Shown here in pieces: positions 42,924 through 51,862 of a stretch of DNA of 64,000 nt. This DNA comes from an uncultured Phycisphaerales bacterium. GTDB taxonomy: Bacteria; Planctomycetota; Phycisphaerae; Tepidisphaerales; Tepidisphaeraceae. A program made the position numbers and the translations under genes. The stretch is from NCBI GenBank assembly GCA_963758525.1, contig CAVWVQ010000002.1, forward strand, positions 1 to 64,000, written 5' to 3'. Numbering within the stretch: the stretch's first letter is position 1; each line of letters opens with the position of its first letter. The notes beneath the pieces are model-generated. The model was not told where the DNA came from, searched no databases, and saw only the letters and a list, made by a program, of their open reading frames with translations.

Positions 42924-44744
42924 CTATTCGCGTACCGGCGCCCGAGGCAGCGTGAATTGAAAGATGCTTCCGCCGCCGGGTGGTTGAACGTATTCGATCG
43001 TACCGCCGTGGGCGTCGACGATTTCCCTGGCGATCGACAGCCCGAGCCCCGCGCCGCTCGGGCCGCTCTTGCGTGGAACGCGGAAGAATCGTTCGAACAA
43101 GTGAGATTGAAATTCCGGGGCGATACCTGGTCCGGTATCGCGGACGCCAAAGAGAACATCCTGAGGTTGGAGTCGGGCAAAAACCGTGACCGAACCCCCG
43201 GCGGGCGTGAACTTGATCGCGTTGACCAGAAGATTTGATAGCGCGTAGCCGACACAGCTCGCATCGGCCATCACCTCCGGGAGCCCAGGCTCGACATCCA
43301 TAGCCAGTGTCAGCGGCGCGGTGTCGATTTGCTCCCGCAGCGGGTCGACGGCTTGACGCACGATCTCCTCAGCCCGCATCGGCGCAAATTGAAAATGTTG
43401 GCCGCCCGATTCAATTCGGCTGATGCTCAGCAGATTATCGATCGTCCGATAGAGCCGGTCGCTGTCATCGCGCGCGGCCTCCAGCACTTTCTTTTGCGAG
43501 GGTCCGACTGGCCCCAGCTTTCCGTCCACCAGCATCAGCACGGCCATGCGGATGGCCGTCAGCGGGGTGCGGAGCTCGTGTGACACCGTCGAAACCAGGC
43601 CGCTCTTGAGCTCGTCGGCGTGCCGCAGGCGCGTGACATCGACGAGAATCACCGTGACTCCCATCAGTTGCCGTTGAGTATTCATCATCGGAACGGCCCG
43701 TGGGAGCAGGAATCGCTCCTGACCATTCTCGAAAAGCTGAATCGCCGACTGGTAACCCTGTGGATCGCATGGCTCGCGCGTCGCGCAGACCTGGGTGTAG
43801 ATCCTGTCGAGCCACTTGAGTCCCAGCGACGGCAGAGTCACTCCCGGGGCGACGGAGAAATGACTTTGCGCCGTCCGATTCGAGATTTCGATAATTCCGC
43901 CCGGGCGGATCACGAAGACGGCATCGGGCAGGCTGTCGATCGCAAGCTGAGTCGTTTCCTGGGTGCGCTGCAGCCGTTCGTGATCGATCCGGCGAAACTC
44001 CCGCAAACGTTCGGCCATCGCGTTAAAGGATTCGGTCAGCTGCGCGATCTCATCACGGCCCTTCACCTGCACGCGCAAATCCAAATCCCCTTCACCAATC
44101 TGTTGCGCCGAGCGTGTCAGCGTTTGCAGCGGACGCAGAACGGTCGCGCCAACCGCGGCGACGAGCACCACCGCGAGCAGGGTTCCCGCCGCCGCGAAAA
44201 TCAGCAGCGTATCGCGTACGGAGCCGAGCATGCGTTTCACCCGCCCATCCACCGACACCATATTGGAAATGTTCAGGTCCGCCACCGCCTGGGCGGCGGT
44301 TTTGACCTGTTCGTATTCGGGCAGCAGTTCGTCGCGGAACAGCGACCGCTTCTGAGGAATGTCGGCGGCTCCCTCAAAACGATCGTAGGATTCGCGGTAT
44401 TTTTGCCACGAGTCCTGGATTTGCGCCGTGAGCTGCTTCTCGTGCTGCAGCGTGATATTCCTCACCTGGCGCCCAAGGTTCTCGTCAAACTGCTGCCGCA
44501 TCACCACGGAGTTGGCGCTTCCCTCGGCGGCGCGGTTCCAGACGATCCGCTGGGCCCGCGCATCAAGGGCATCGATCGCCTCCTTCATCCGGTCGCAGTA
44601 AACGGCACTGTCATAGTTCTCGCGAAAGACTTGATCCAGAGCCGAGCTGTATCGAGTAAGCACTCCAACGCTCAAAGCGCTGACGGCCAGCAATATCACC
44701 AGCAAACCCCCGAAGCCGATCATCAGCTTGTGCCGAAGGCTCAT
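42924..44744 (-). CDS. Sensor histidine kinase (four-helix sensor, HAMP, PAS, HisKA, HATPase); no adjacent response regulator
   Basis: 2 TM; RDEIAQLTESFNAMAERL, VSHELRTPLT, NLLVNAIKFT, DTGPGI, GAGLGLSI, HGG.I. Confidence 0.93.
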   Translation of the reverse strand: MSLRHKLMIGFGGLLVILLAVSALSVGVLTRYSSALDQVFRENYDSAVYCDRMKEAIDALDARAQRIVWNRAAEGSANSVVMRQQFDENLGRQVRNITLQHEKQLTAQIQDSWQKYRESYDRFEGAADIPQKRSLFRDELLPEYEQVKTAAQAVADLNISNMVSVDGRVKRMLGSVRDTLLIFAAAGTLLAVVLVAAVGATVLRPLQTLTRSAQQIGEGDLDLRVQVKGRDEIAQLTESFNAMAERLREFRRIDHERLQRTQETTQLAIDSLPDAVFVIRPGGIIEISNRTAQSHFSVAPGVTLPSLGLKWLDRIYTQVCATREPCDPQGYQSAIQLFENGQERFLLPRAVPMMNTQRQLMGVTVILVDVTRLRHADELKSGLVSTVSHELRTPLTAIRMAVLMLVDGKLGPVGPSQKKVLEAARDDSDRLYRTIDNLLSISRIESGGQHFQFAPMRAEEIVRQAVDPLREQIDTAPLTLAMDVEPGLPEVMADASCVGYALSNLLVNAIKFTPAGGSVTVFARLQPQDVLFGVRDTGPGIAPEFQSHLFERFFRVPRKSGPSGAGLGLSIAREIVDAHGGTIEYVQPPGGGSIFQFTLPRAPVRE

Positions 44745-44765
44745 GGCCGGAAATCATAACGAATC

Positions 44766-44980
44766 AAGGCGCAGAGGCACGGAGGAAAAGATGCCAAGAG
44801 TTGGGGATTGCAAATTGCAAAATTGGAAAAAACGCCGGCTACTTGTTCCCGTCTTCAAATTGCAAGTCAGGCTCCGACGTTCCGCCGCCGGGCGGACTCC
44901 TGCTCAATTTGCAATTTACAATTTGCAATTTGCAATCCCCAACTCCCCGCATCTTCTCTCCCTCCGCCCCTCCGCGCGTT
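44766..44980. repeat. Nested ~215-bp hairpin (outer CGCAGAGG-type arms, inner TTGCAAA 7-mer arms)
   Basis: Perfect 24-bp inverted pair 44798-44821/44922-44945; outer aaggcgcagaggcacggaggaaaagatgc / gcatcttctctccctccgcccctccgcgcgtt. Confidence 0.85.
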
Positions 44981-45017
44981 TCCTCCCCACCCCTTCTTCC
45001 CGTACCTTTTGTCACCA

Positions 45018-45617
45018 ATGCCTGCTTCAACCCGGATTCGCGCTGTTACGGTTTACTGCTCCGCCAGGGAGGACGTGGACCAGATCTATTTTGACGCCGC
45101 CCGGCAACTGGGCGGCGCGATTGCGCGCAGGAGTTGGCAACTGGTCTATGGCGGCAATGATCTGGGATTGATGGGGACGCTCGCGAACGCCGCCCGGGCC
45201 GCCGGTGGCAAAGTCATCGGCGTCACTCCGCGCCTGTTTGTGGATCAGGGCGTTGCGGACCGCAAATGCGATGAATTGATCATCACTGACAACATGCGTC
45301 AGCGAAAGGAAATGGTCGAGCAACGAGGGGATGCGTTCATCGCGCTTCCCGGCGGACTGGGAACTCTCGAAGAATTTTTCGAGATCGTGGTGGGTCGGGT
45401 TCTGGGTTATCACGATAAGCCGATCGTTCTGCTCAACATTGCCGACTTCTACGCCCCGCTGCTGGCCATGCTCGATCACGCCGTCGGGCAGCGCTTCGTC
45501 CCGGCGCAGGCGCGGCAGTTCTTTCACGTCGCCCAAACCGTTGAGCTGGCGCTGGCTCATCTTGAAGCGCAAGCCGCAAAGCCTTTGCACGGCGCCGTTT
45601 CCACCGAAGCCGACTAA
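45018..45617 (+). CDS. LOG family nucleotide phosphoribohydrolase (TIGR00730)
   Basis: VYCS, LVYGG..LGLMG, M..RK, DAFIALPGGLGTLEEFFE, HDKPI.LLN..DFY. Confidence 0.92.
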   Translation: MPASTRIRAVTVYCSAREDVDQIYFDAARQLGGAIARRSWQLVYGGNDLGLMGTLANAARAAGGKVIGVTPRLFVDQGVADRKCDELIITDNMRQRKEMVEQRGDAFIALPGGLGTLEEFFEIVVGRVLGYHDKPIVLLNIADFYAPLLAMLDHAVGQRFVPAQARQFFHVAQTVELALAHLEAQAAKPLHGAVSTEAD

Positions 45618-45673
45618 CCCGCAAAACCTTCAATGCGACTCCGCCGATCAGGGCGATATCATATACGGCGCCC

Positions 45674-46770
45674 ATGGTCCGGACCGAACGCTACATTTTC
45701 ATCGCCATCAGTGCCTCGCTGCTGCTGCACGCAGGTCTATTAGGCGTGGCGACGGAAAAGGCGCGATATCCGAAAATTTATCTGCCGCCGTTGCGACGCG
45801 CGGAGAGCACCGTCGTCATTGCGCTCCAACCGCCGCCGCCCCCTCCGCCCGACGACATGGGCGACCGTGCCGGGGTCGGCACGGCGTCGAGCGCGTCAGC
45901 TGGGCCGACACCATTGCAGGCGCGGCAGGCGGATCAGGATCAGCCGCAGCTCAGTCGCGATCCGACGGGGCCTGCGAAAATCGCGCATGCGCCCAATCCC
46001 TCCAACATCCCGCCCGGGGAGCGCGGGCGAGGAGGCCAGCGCGGACAGATTGCCATCGAAACGCCGCCACAGCGAGAATCGCCGGTGCAGCCAGCGCTGA
46101 CACCTCCTCCGCAGACTCCGGTCGTGGCGGCAGTTGCCCCGCCCAAGCCGGCTGTCCAGCCCCCTAAACCTGCAGCAGAGCGAGCTACCGCCGATCAGCC
46201 GACAGCCCCGCCGGAAATCAAGCCCGAATCAGTCTCCTTGCCCAAGGCGCTGCTCTTGCCGCCCGACATCAAATTGCCCCCGCCTGCCACCGCGCCCGAG
46301 GTTCAGGTGGCAGTCGTCTCGCCCCCCACTCCCGCGCCGCGAAAGAGTACCGCCCAGGTGAAGCCTCAGGCCGCCACCGGCGACGGGCTGGCGCCCGGCG
46401 CGCGACGGCCGCCGATCCTTACCAGCAAAGCGACTCCGAATCCGATGCGTTCACCACCGTCGGATCGGCGGTCGTTCACGATGGACGGATCAGTGTCCGC
46501 GCCGGTCGAAAAATCAAAACGGTTCGCCCGCTGCTGCTCGTCCCCGGCATCCTCGATACGCTGGGCGAGAGCGATCCATCCGTTCAGTTGAAGGTCAACA
46601 TCGATGCGACGGGTAAAGTGACATCGGTCGATGTGCTGCATTCCAGCGGAAGCAACGACATCGATCAGCCCTGTGTCGTGGCAATGTACGACTGGTGGTT
46701 TGAACCCAGCCGCGACAGCAAGGGAAAGCCGATTCCCGACGTCGTTCTTTTTACGCTCAGTTTTCGCTGA
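45674..46770 (+). CDS. TonB/TolA-like energy transducer; frameshift at ~46403
   Basis: N-terminal ISASLLLHAGLL TM with His, Pro-rich linker, C-terminal IDATGKV..V.VL.SSG..DID......W.F.P. Confidence 0.8.
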
Positions 46771-47459
46771 TGAAACTTTCCGAGCTCTTCTATTCGATTC
46801 AAGGCGAGGGAAAGCTCGCAGGCGTGCCGAGCATTTTTGTGCGGGCCAGCGGGTGCAATCTGCGATGCACATGGTGTGACACTCCCTATGCAAGCTGGAA
46901 TCCGCAAGGAGACGAAGCGTCCATCCAGCAGATCATCAACCGGGTGGCAGAATATCCGTCCCGTCACGTCGTGCTCACCGGCGGCGAGCCAATGATCATG
47001 CCGGACATCGTCGAATTGTGCGCTGCCCTGAAAGATCGCCACTATCACCTGACAATGGAAACCGCAGGGACGGTGCATGCGGCGGCGAAAATCGATTTGG
47101 CCTCGATCTCTCCGAAGCTTTCCAACTCAACGCCGGTGCAACGCGAAGCGGGACGGTTCGCCGTCGCGCACGAAGCGCACCGCATCAACGTTGCAACGAT
47201 CCAACGGCTCATCGACGACAGCCCCGACTTTCAGGTGAAATTCGTTATCTCGGCCGATTCCGACCTTCCGGAGATAGACGCCGTGCTGCAACAGCTTCAT
47301 GGCTGGTCCCCCGCCGATGTGCTGCTGATGCCGGAGGGAACCGATCCGGCAGTGCTGAGGGAGCGTTCCGCCTGGGTCTCCGAAATCTGCAAGCAAACCG
47401 GCTTCCGCTTCTGCCCCCGCCTGCATATTGCGCTCTACGGCAATACCCGTGGAACGTGA
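46770..47459 (+). CDS. queE: 7-carboxy-7-deazaguanine synthase (radical SAM)
   Basis: ELFYSIQGEG, FVR.SGCNLRCTWCDTPY, VLTGGEP, ETAGT, SISPKL, PRLHI. Confidence 0.95.
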   Translation: MKLSELFYSIQGEGKLAGVPSIFVRASGCNLRCTWCDTPYASWNPQGDEASIQQIINRVAEYPSRHVVLTGGEPMIMPDIVELCAALKDRHYHLTMETAGTVHAAAKIDLASISPKLSNSTPVQREAGRFAVAHEAHRINVATIQRLIDDSPDFQVKFVISADSDLPEIDAVLQQLHGWSPADVLLMPEGTDPAVLRERSAWVSEICKQTGFRFCPRLHIALYGNTRGT

Positions 47460-47468
47460 GTAACACGC

Positions 47469-47611
47469 GGGTGTAACTTTTATTTGTGGCGATTGCAGAT
47501 TTTGCGATCGTAGGGCGGGATTCATCCCGCCGTTTTCTCAGCCGGCCAACAAATCGGCGGGATGAATCCCGCCCTACTCGGAGCCGATCGCCACTTTCGA
47601 GCGCCACACCC
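47469..47611 (-). mobile_element. 143-bp MITE-like element with internal GTAG REP doublet (copy 2, inverted)
   Basis: Reverse complement of 32602-32744; lies 9 bp after the queE stop. Confidence 0.88.
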
Positions 47612-47740
47612 GTACAGGCGGATCGCTCCACAACCACTTGTGTTACGACTCGCCGATCGCACCGGCGCAGCTTGCCCTTCGCGGAGCGATCAACCTGCCT
47701 ACAATCGCGACGATCGCCCATTCACCAAAAGGAGCACCAC

Positions 47741-48805
47741 TTGGCATCAGCCCGAGCATTTTCAGCGACAGCAGCCGCCGCGCCTCTTTCCGCGAGCACC
47801 ATTCCGCGCCGGGATCCCGGCCCCAGCGACGTGGAATTTGACATCACCTTTTGCGGCGTCTGCCACTCAGATCTGCACGCCACTCGCAACGAGTGGGCAG
47901 CGTGGCCGACGATCTATCCCTGCGTACCCGGCCACGAGATCGTCGGGCGTGTGACAAAAGTCGGGAACAAGGTGACGAAATTCAAAGCCGGCGACCTGGT
48001 CGCCACCGGCTGCATGGTCGACTCCTGCCAGACCTGCGACAGCTGTCGGGAAGGGCTCGAGCAATATTGTGACAACGGCGCCACCGTCTTCACCTACAAT
48101 TCGCCCGATCCGCACAAGACGGCGCCAGCCACCTACGGGGGCTACTCCGAGCGGATTGTCGTGAACGAAAAATTCGTGCTGCGCGTGCCGGCAAATCTGG
48201 ACGCGGCAGCCGCCTCCCCGCTGCTGTGCGCCGGGATCACGCTCTATTCGCCCCTCAAGCATTGGAACGCCGGTCCGGGCAAAAAGGTTGGCATCGTCGG
48301 CCTGGGCGGCCTGGGCCACATGGGCGTGAAGTTCGCACACGCGTTCGGGGCTCACACCGTCCTCTTCACGACCTCGCCGGACAAGATCGAAGACGGCAAG
48401 CGCCTCGGCGCCGATGAGGTGGTCATCTCCAAAAACGCCGATGCAATGAACGCCCACACCCGCAGCTTCGACCTCATCGTCAGCACGGTGGCGGCGTCCC
48501 ACAACCTCGATCCGTTCATCTCGTTGCTCAGACGAGACGGCACGCTCGTGCTCGTCGGAGCGCCGGAACATCCGCATCCGTCGCCGACCGTCTTCAATTT
48601 ACTGCTGGGCCGTCGCTCCCTGGCCGGGTCTGCCATCGGCGGCATCCGCGAAACCCAGGAAATGCTCGACTACTGCGGCCAGAAGAACATCACTTGCGAC
48701 ATCGAAATGATCCCCATTCAGCAGATCAACGAAGCATACGGGCGCATGGCACGTGGGGACGTGAAATATCGTTTCGTCATCGATATGAAAACCCTCAAGG
48801 GATGA
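47741..48805 (+). CDS. Zn/NAD(P)-dependent alcohol/aldehyde dehydrogenase (YahK/CAD-like)
   Basis: RBS aaggag + TTG; CGVCHSDLH, PGHEIVG, C..C..C.......C, LLCAGIT, GLGGLGH, DVKYRFVID. Confidence 0.93.
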   Translation: MASARAFSATAAAAPLSASTIPRRDPGPSDVEFDITFCGVCHSDLHATRNEWAAWPTIYPCVPGHEIVGRVTKVGNKVTKFKAGDLVATGCMVDSCQTCDSCREGLEQYCDNGATVFTYNSPDPHKTAPATYGGYSERIVVNEKFVLRVPANLDAAAASPLLCAGITLYSPLKHWNAGPGKKVGIVGLGGLGHMGVKFAHAFGAHTVLFTTSPDKIEDGKRLGADEVVISKNADAMNAHTRSFDLIVSTVAASHNLDPFISLLRRDGTLVLVGAPEHPHPSPTVFNLLLGRRSLAGSAIGGIRETQEMLDYCGQKNITCDIEMIPIQQINEAYGRMARGDVKYRFVIDMKTLKG

Positions 48806-48838
48806 CTTTCAGGGGATGACTTTTGTTCTGTTCGAATG

Positions 48839-48992
48839 CCCCTCTGGTCCCCTCTGTTGGTACCTCTCTGGTCCCCTCTCCTGGCACTGAGGGATAGGGT
48901 GAGGGTGATTTCGAGCACCAATTTCGCTCGACATTCCAAATCACCCTCACCCCAACCCCCCCAGCCCTCTCCCGGAGTACCAGGAGAGGGGG
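48839..48992. repeat. CCCTCTCCC-type palindromic element preceded by CCCCTCTGGT-like repeats
   Basis: cccctctcctgg..gggtgagggtgattt..aaatcaccctcacccc..ccctctcccggagtaccaggagagggg. Confidence 0.8.
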
Positions 48993-49087
48993 AGCAAGCG
49001 CCTACTGATTTAGCGTCACCCAAAAACCCTCGACGGGTGACCGCGGCACCATCGTGTCAATCGGAAAATTTGCTATTATGCCTCCAG

Positions 49088-49456
49088 ATGTTCGTCAAAC
49101 TGACCAAGTCCTTCCACTTTGAAGCCGCTCACGATCTGCCGACGTTTCCGGCAGATCACAAGTGCCGGCGCCTGCACGGGCATTCCTTTCGCTTCGACGC
49201 GATCGTTGCCGGTGAAGTTGACCCGGCGAAGGGATTCCTCCTCGACTACGGCGATATTCAGCGGGCGGCGGATCCGATCGTCAGGCAACTGGATCACTAT
49301 TATCTCAACGAAGTGGAAGGGCTTTCCAATCCGACGGCGGAAAATGTCGCCAAATGGATCTGGGATCGGCTCAAGCCGCAGCTGCCGCTGTTGAAATCGA
49401 TCATTCTGTACGAGACGTGCACCTCGGCGTGCGAATATTCGGAGGCGATGCAATGA
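49088..49456 (+). CDS. queD: 6-carboxytetrahydropterin synthase
   Basis: FEAAH.LP, KCRRLHGHSF, LDH.YLN...GL.NPTAEN.A.WIW, YET. Confidence 0.95.
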   Translation: MFVKLTKSFHFEAAHDLPTFPADHKCRRLHGHSFRFDAIVAGEVDPAKGFLLDYGDIQRAADPIVRQLDHYYLNEVEGLSNPTAENVAKWIWDRLKPQLPLLKSIILYETCTSACEYSEAMQ

Positions 49457-50106
49457 GCCGGATGCTGCGGGAACAAATGTGCGAGATCGGCCGGCGCATC
49501 TGGGCGCGCGGCTACTGCGGTGGGAACGAGGGCAATCATTCAGTTCGCTATCGCGCGGACCGCATTCTCTGCACCCCCACCGGCAAGAGCAAAGGCTTTC
49601 TCAAGCCTGCGGACCTCTGCGTCGTCGACATGCAGGGCAGGCAGATTTCCGGCGGCCAGAAAGCGACCAGCGAAATTCTCCTCCACCTTGCCGTCTACAA
49701 CAACCGCCCCGACGTCGCGGCCGTCGTTCACAGCCATCCGCCCCACGCCACCGCTTTCTGCATCACCCACACGGACCTGCCGGCGGGGATTCACCCCGAG
49801 GCGGAAATTTTTCTCGGCAATATTCCCAGCGCTCCTTACGTCACTCCCGGCGACACGCGACTGGGCGAATCCATCCTCCCCTATGTGAAAACGGCAACCA
49901 CCATCCTGCTGCAAAATCATGGCGTGGTCACCTATGCCGCCACGCTGGAAAAAGCGTATTACCAGCTTGAGATCGTCGACGCCTACGCAAGGATGTTGAT
50001 CCTCGCGAAGCAGCTTGGGCAGATTCGCACGCTGGATGCAAAGCTGATCGAAGAGATGGAGCCCCTCAAGTTGCGGTTCAACCCGCCGGGCGTTCCGTTG
50101 TTTTGA
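49453..50106 (+). CDS. Class II aldolase/adducin family protein
   Basis: GNEGNHS, TPTG.SKG, TSEI.LH, AVVHSHPP.AT, LLQNHGV; ATGA overlap with queD. Confidence 0.9.
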   Translation: MSRMLREQMCEIGRRIWARGYCGGNEGNHSVRYRADRILCTPTGKSKGFLKPADLCVVDMQGRQISGGQKATSEILLHLAVYNNRPDVAAVVHSHPPHATAFCITHTDLPAGIHPEAEIFLGNIPSAPYVTPGDTRLGESILPYVKTATTILLQNHGVVTYAATLEKAYYQLEIVDAYARMLILAKQLGQIRTLDAKLIEEMEPLKLRFNPPGVPLF

Positions 50107-50113
50107 GGCACCA

Positions 50114-50458
50114 CTACTCGACGGTCGGCCGGTTCGTATTGCAATGCCAGCACGCCGTGAATTGCTCTTCGATCTTTTCCCCGCAATTCGGGCAGGTCCA
50201 CGTGGGCTTCTCAGGAACGTCGCCCGCTTCGACCCGCGCGATCCGCCGGCGCTCATACTCCTCGACGATCGGCTTGGCCCGCTCCACATCCGCCTCATTC
50301 ACCCACACCGACGGCATGGCCGCTTCTGAAACCGGAACTGCGCCCCACACCTCTTCCAACTGCTGCCCCTGAATCGTCGATTCGATCTCCTGTTCGCTCA
50401 ACAGCCCCCGCAGAAATTCCGCATCCATCAGCGTCCGCCCGAAATAGATCTTTTGCAT
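50114..50458 (-). CDS. DUF2007 (PII-like) domain protein with C-terminal Zn ribbon
   Basis: AEFLRGLL.EQEIE..IQG, VWV...D.ERA; WTCPNCGEKIEEQFTACWHC. Confidence 0.85.
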   Translation of the reverse strand: MQKIYFGRTLMDAEFLRGLLSEQEIESTIQGQQLEEVWGAVPVSEAAMPSVWVNEADVERAKPIVEEYERRRIARVEAGDVPEKPTWTCPNCGEKIEEQFTACWHCNTNRPTVE

Positions 50459-50574
50459 ATTGATAGTGTAGTCGGCCCGCCAGCGGGCGCGAATGCCGGT
50501 GATTGGCCCTGGTGATTGGTGATTGGAACGTGACAAGGATGGGCTGAAACGTGAAGACGTGAATCTCCCGCAGC

Positions 50575-51531
50575 TCACGGATACGGCGCGATCCGCGGCT
50601 CGTCGCCCGGCAGTTGCAAAGCGCCGATCAAATCGCTCAATCGCTCGATCTTCTCGCGCTCCATGTATTGCGCAATCCCTTCGCAGATCTTGTTTGGCGT
50701 AGCCGGATCGACAAACAGTGCGGTTCCGATCGCTACGGCGGTCGCGCCCGCGAGCATGAACTCGATCGCATCGCGCCACGTTTGAACACCCCCCATCCCG
50801 ATGATCGGAATCCCCGCCGAGCGGGCAATGGTGCGATACACCCGGCTGACCATGTGCAGCGCGATCGGCTTGATCGCCGGTCCGGATAATCCGCCGGTGA
50901 CGTTGGCAAGCCGGGGGCGTCGCTTGTGAACGTCGATCGCCATCGCAGTGAACGTGTTCACCAGCGACAGCACATCCGCGCCGCCCTCGATCGCGGCACG
51001 CGCCGTCACCGTCACGTCTTCCACGTTTGGCGAAAGCTTTACGATCAGCAGCTTGTGAGGCAGCACCTTTTTCACCTGCGCGACGAGTTCCTTCAGCCGC
51101 CCCGGATGCGTGCCGAAGGTCAGGCCGTCTTTCACGTTGGGACACGACACATTCAGCTCGACGCCGGAGATGCAATCCAGCCCGTCCATTGCGGCGCAGG
51201 TTTCGCCGTAATCATCGAACGAATGACCGGCGACGTTGACAATGACCGGGCAGGGCATCTTGCGAATCTGCGGCACCTTCTCGGCAAGAAATCGTTCCAA
51301 CCCGACGTTGGCGAGACCAATCGCATTGAGCATTCCAGCTCGAACTTCAACGATTCGTGCCGGCTCATTTCCTACGCGCTCTTCCCGCGTGATCGACTTG
51401 GTGACGAACGCCCCAAGCTGCGAGAGATCCATGAAATCGGCATACTCGAACGCGTAGCCGCACGTCCCCGAGCAGGTGAGCGTCGGGTTTGACAGCCGCA
51501 ATTCGCGAAGCTGAATGGAGAGATCTGGCAC
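50575..51531 (-). CDS. pyrD: Dihydroorotate dehydrogenase, family 1 catalytic subunit
   Basis: SGTCGY, TKSIT, GMLNAIGLAN, ELNVSCPNV, VKLSPNV, NT, GGLSGPAIKP, IIGMGG. Confidence 0.95.
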   Translation of the reverse strand: MPDLSIQLRELRLSNPTLTCSGTCGYAFEYADFMDLSQLGAFVTKSITREERVGNEPARIVEVRAGMLNAIGLANVGLERFLAEKVPQIRKMPCPVIVNVAGHSFDDYGETCAAMDGLDCISGVELNVSCPNVKDGLTFGTHPGRLKELVAQVKKVLPHKLLIVKLSPNVEDVTVTARAAIEGGADVLSLVNTFTAMAIDVHKRRPRLANVTGGLSGPAIKPIALHMVSRVYRTIARSAGIPIIGMGGVQTWRDAIEFMLAGATAVAIGTALFVDPATPNKICEGIAQYMEREKIERLSDLIGALQLPGDEPRIAPYP

Positions 51532-51581
51532 CGGGAAAGAGGGTAAGCGAGGAGGAGCGGAATGTGTAGCGCCGGCCTGAA

Positions 51582-51797
51582 ACCAGAATGACGAAACCAG
51601 AAATCAGAATCAAACCAGAATGACGAATGACCGAAACCTCGTTGTCGATTGTGAGTACCCTTTCAGAGGTTCCATCCACCGACGCGCGTCACGCCGCGCA
51701 GTTTCCACAGCTGTGCGCGCAAATTTCAGCCTCTTCATTCGGTCATTCGTCATTCGGGTTTGATTCTTTGATTCGGGGATTCTGGTTTCGTCATTCC
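51582..51797. repeat. Inverted pair of GAATGAC/GAATCAA 7-mer-family arms around a ~100-bp spacer
   Basis: accagaatgacgaaaccagaaatcagaatcaaaccagaatgacgaatgaccgaa ... ttcggtcattcgtcattcgggtttgattctttgattcggggattctggtttcgtcattcc. Confidence 0.85.
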
Positions 51798-51862
51798 GAC
51801 TTCGGAACTTGCCGAATCGGCGGATCGGTTCCCCATCCCTCGCGTCCCGCCTACACTTGCCC

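Noticed and set aside
26733..51797. CRISPR array interpretation of the repeats
   Set aside because: Repeats are dispersed inverted pairs or short tandem units, not regularly spaced direct repeats; no cas genes.
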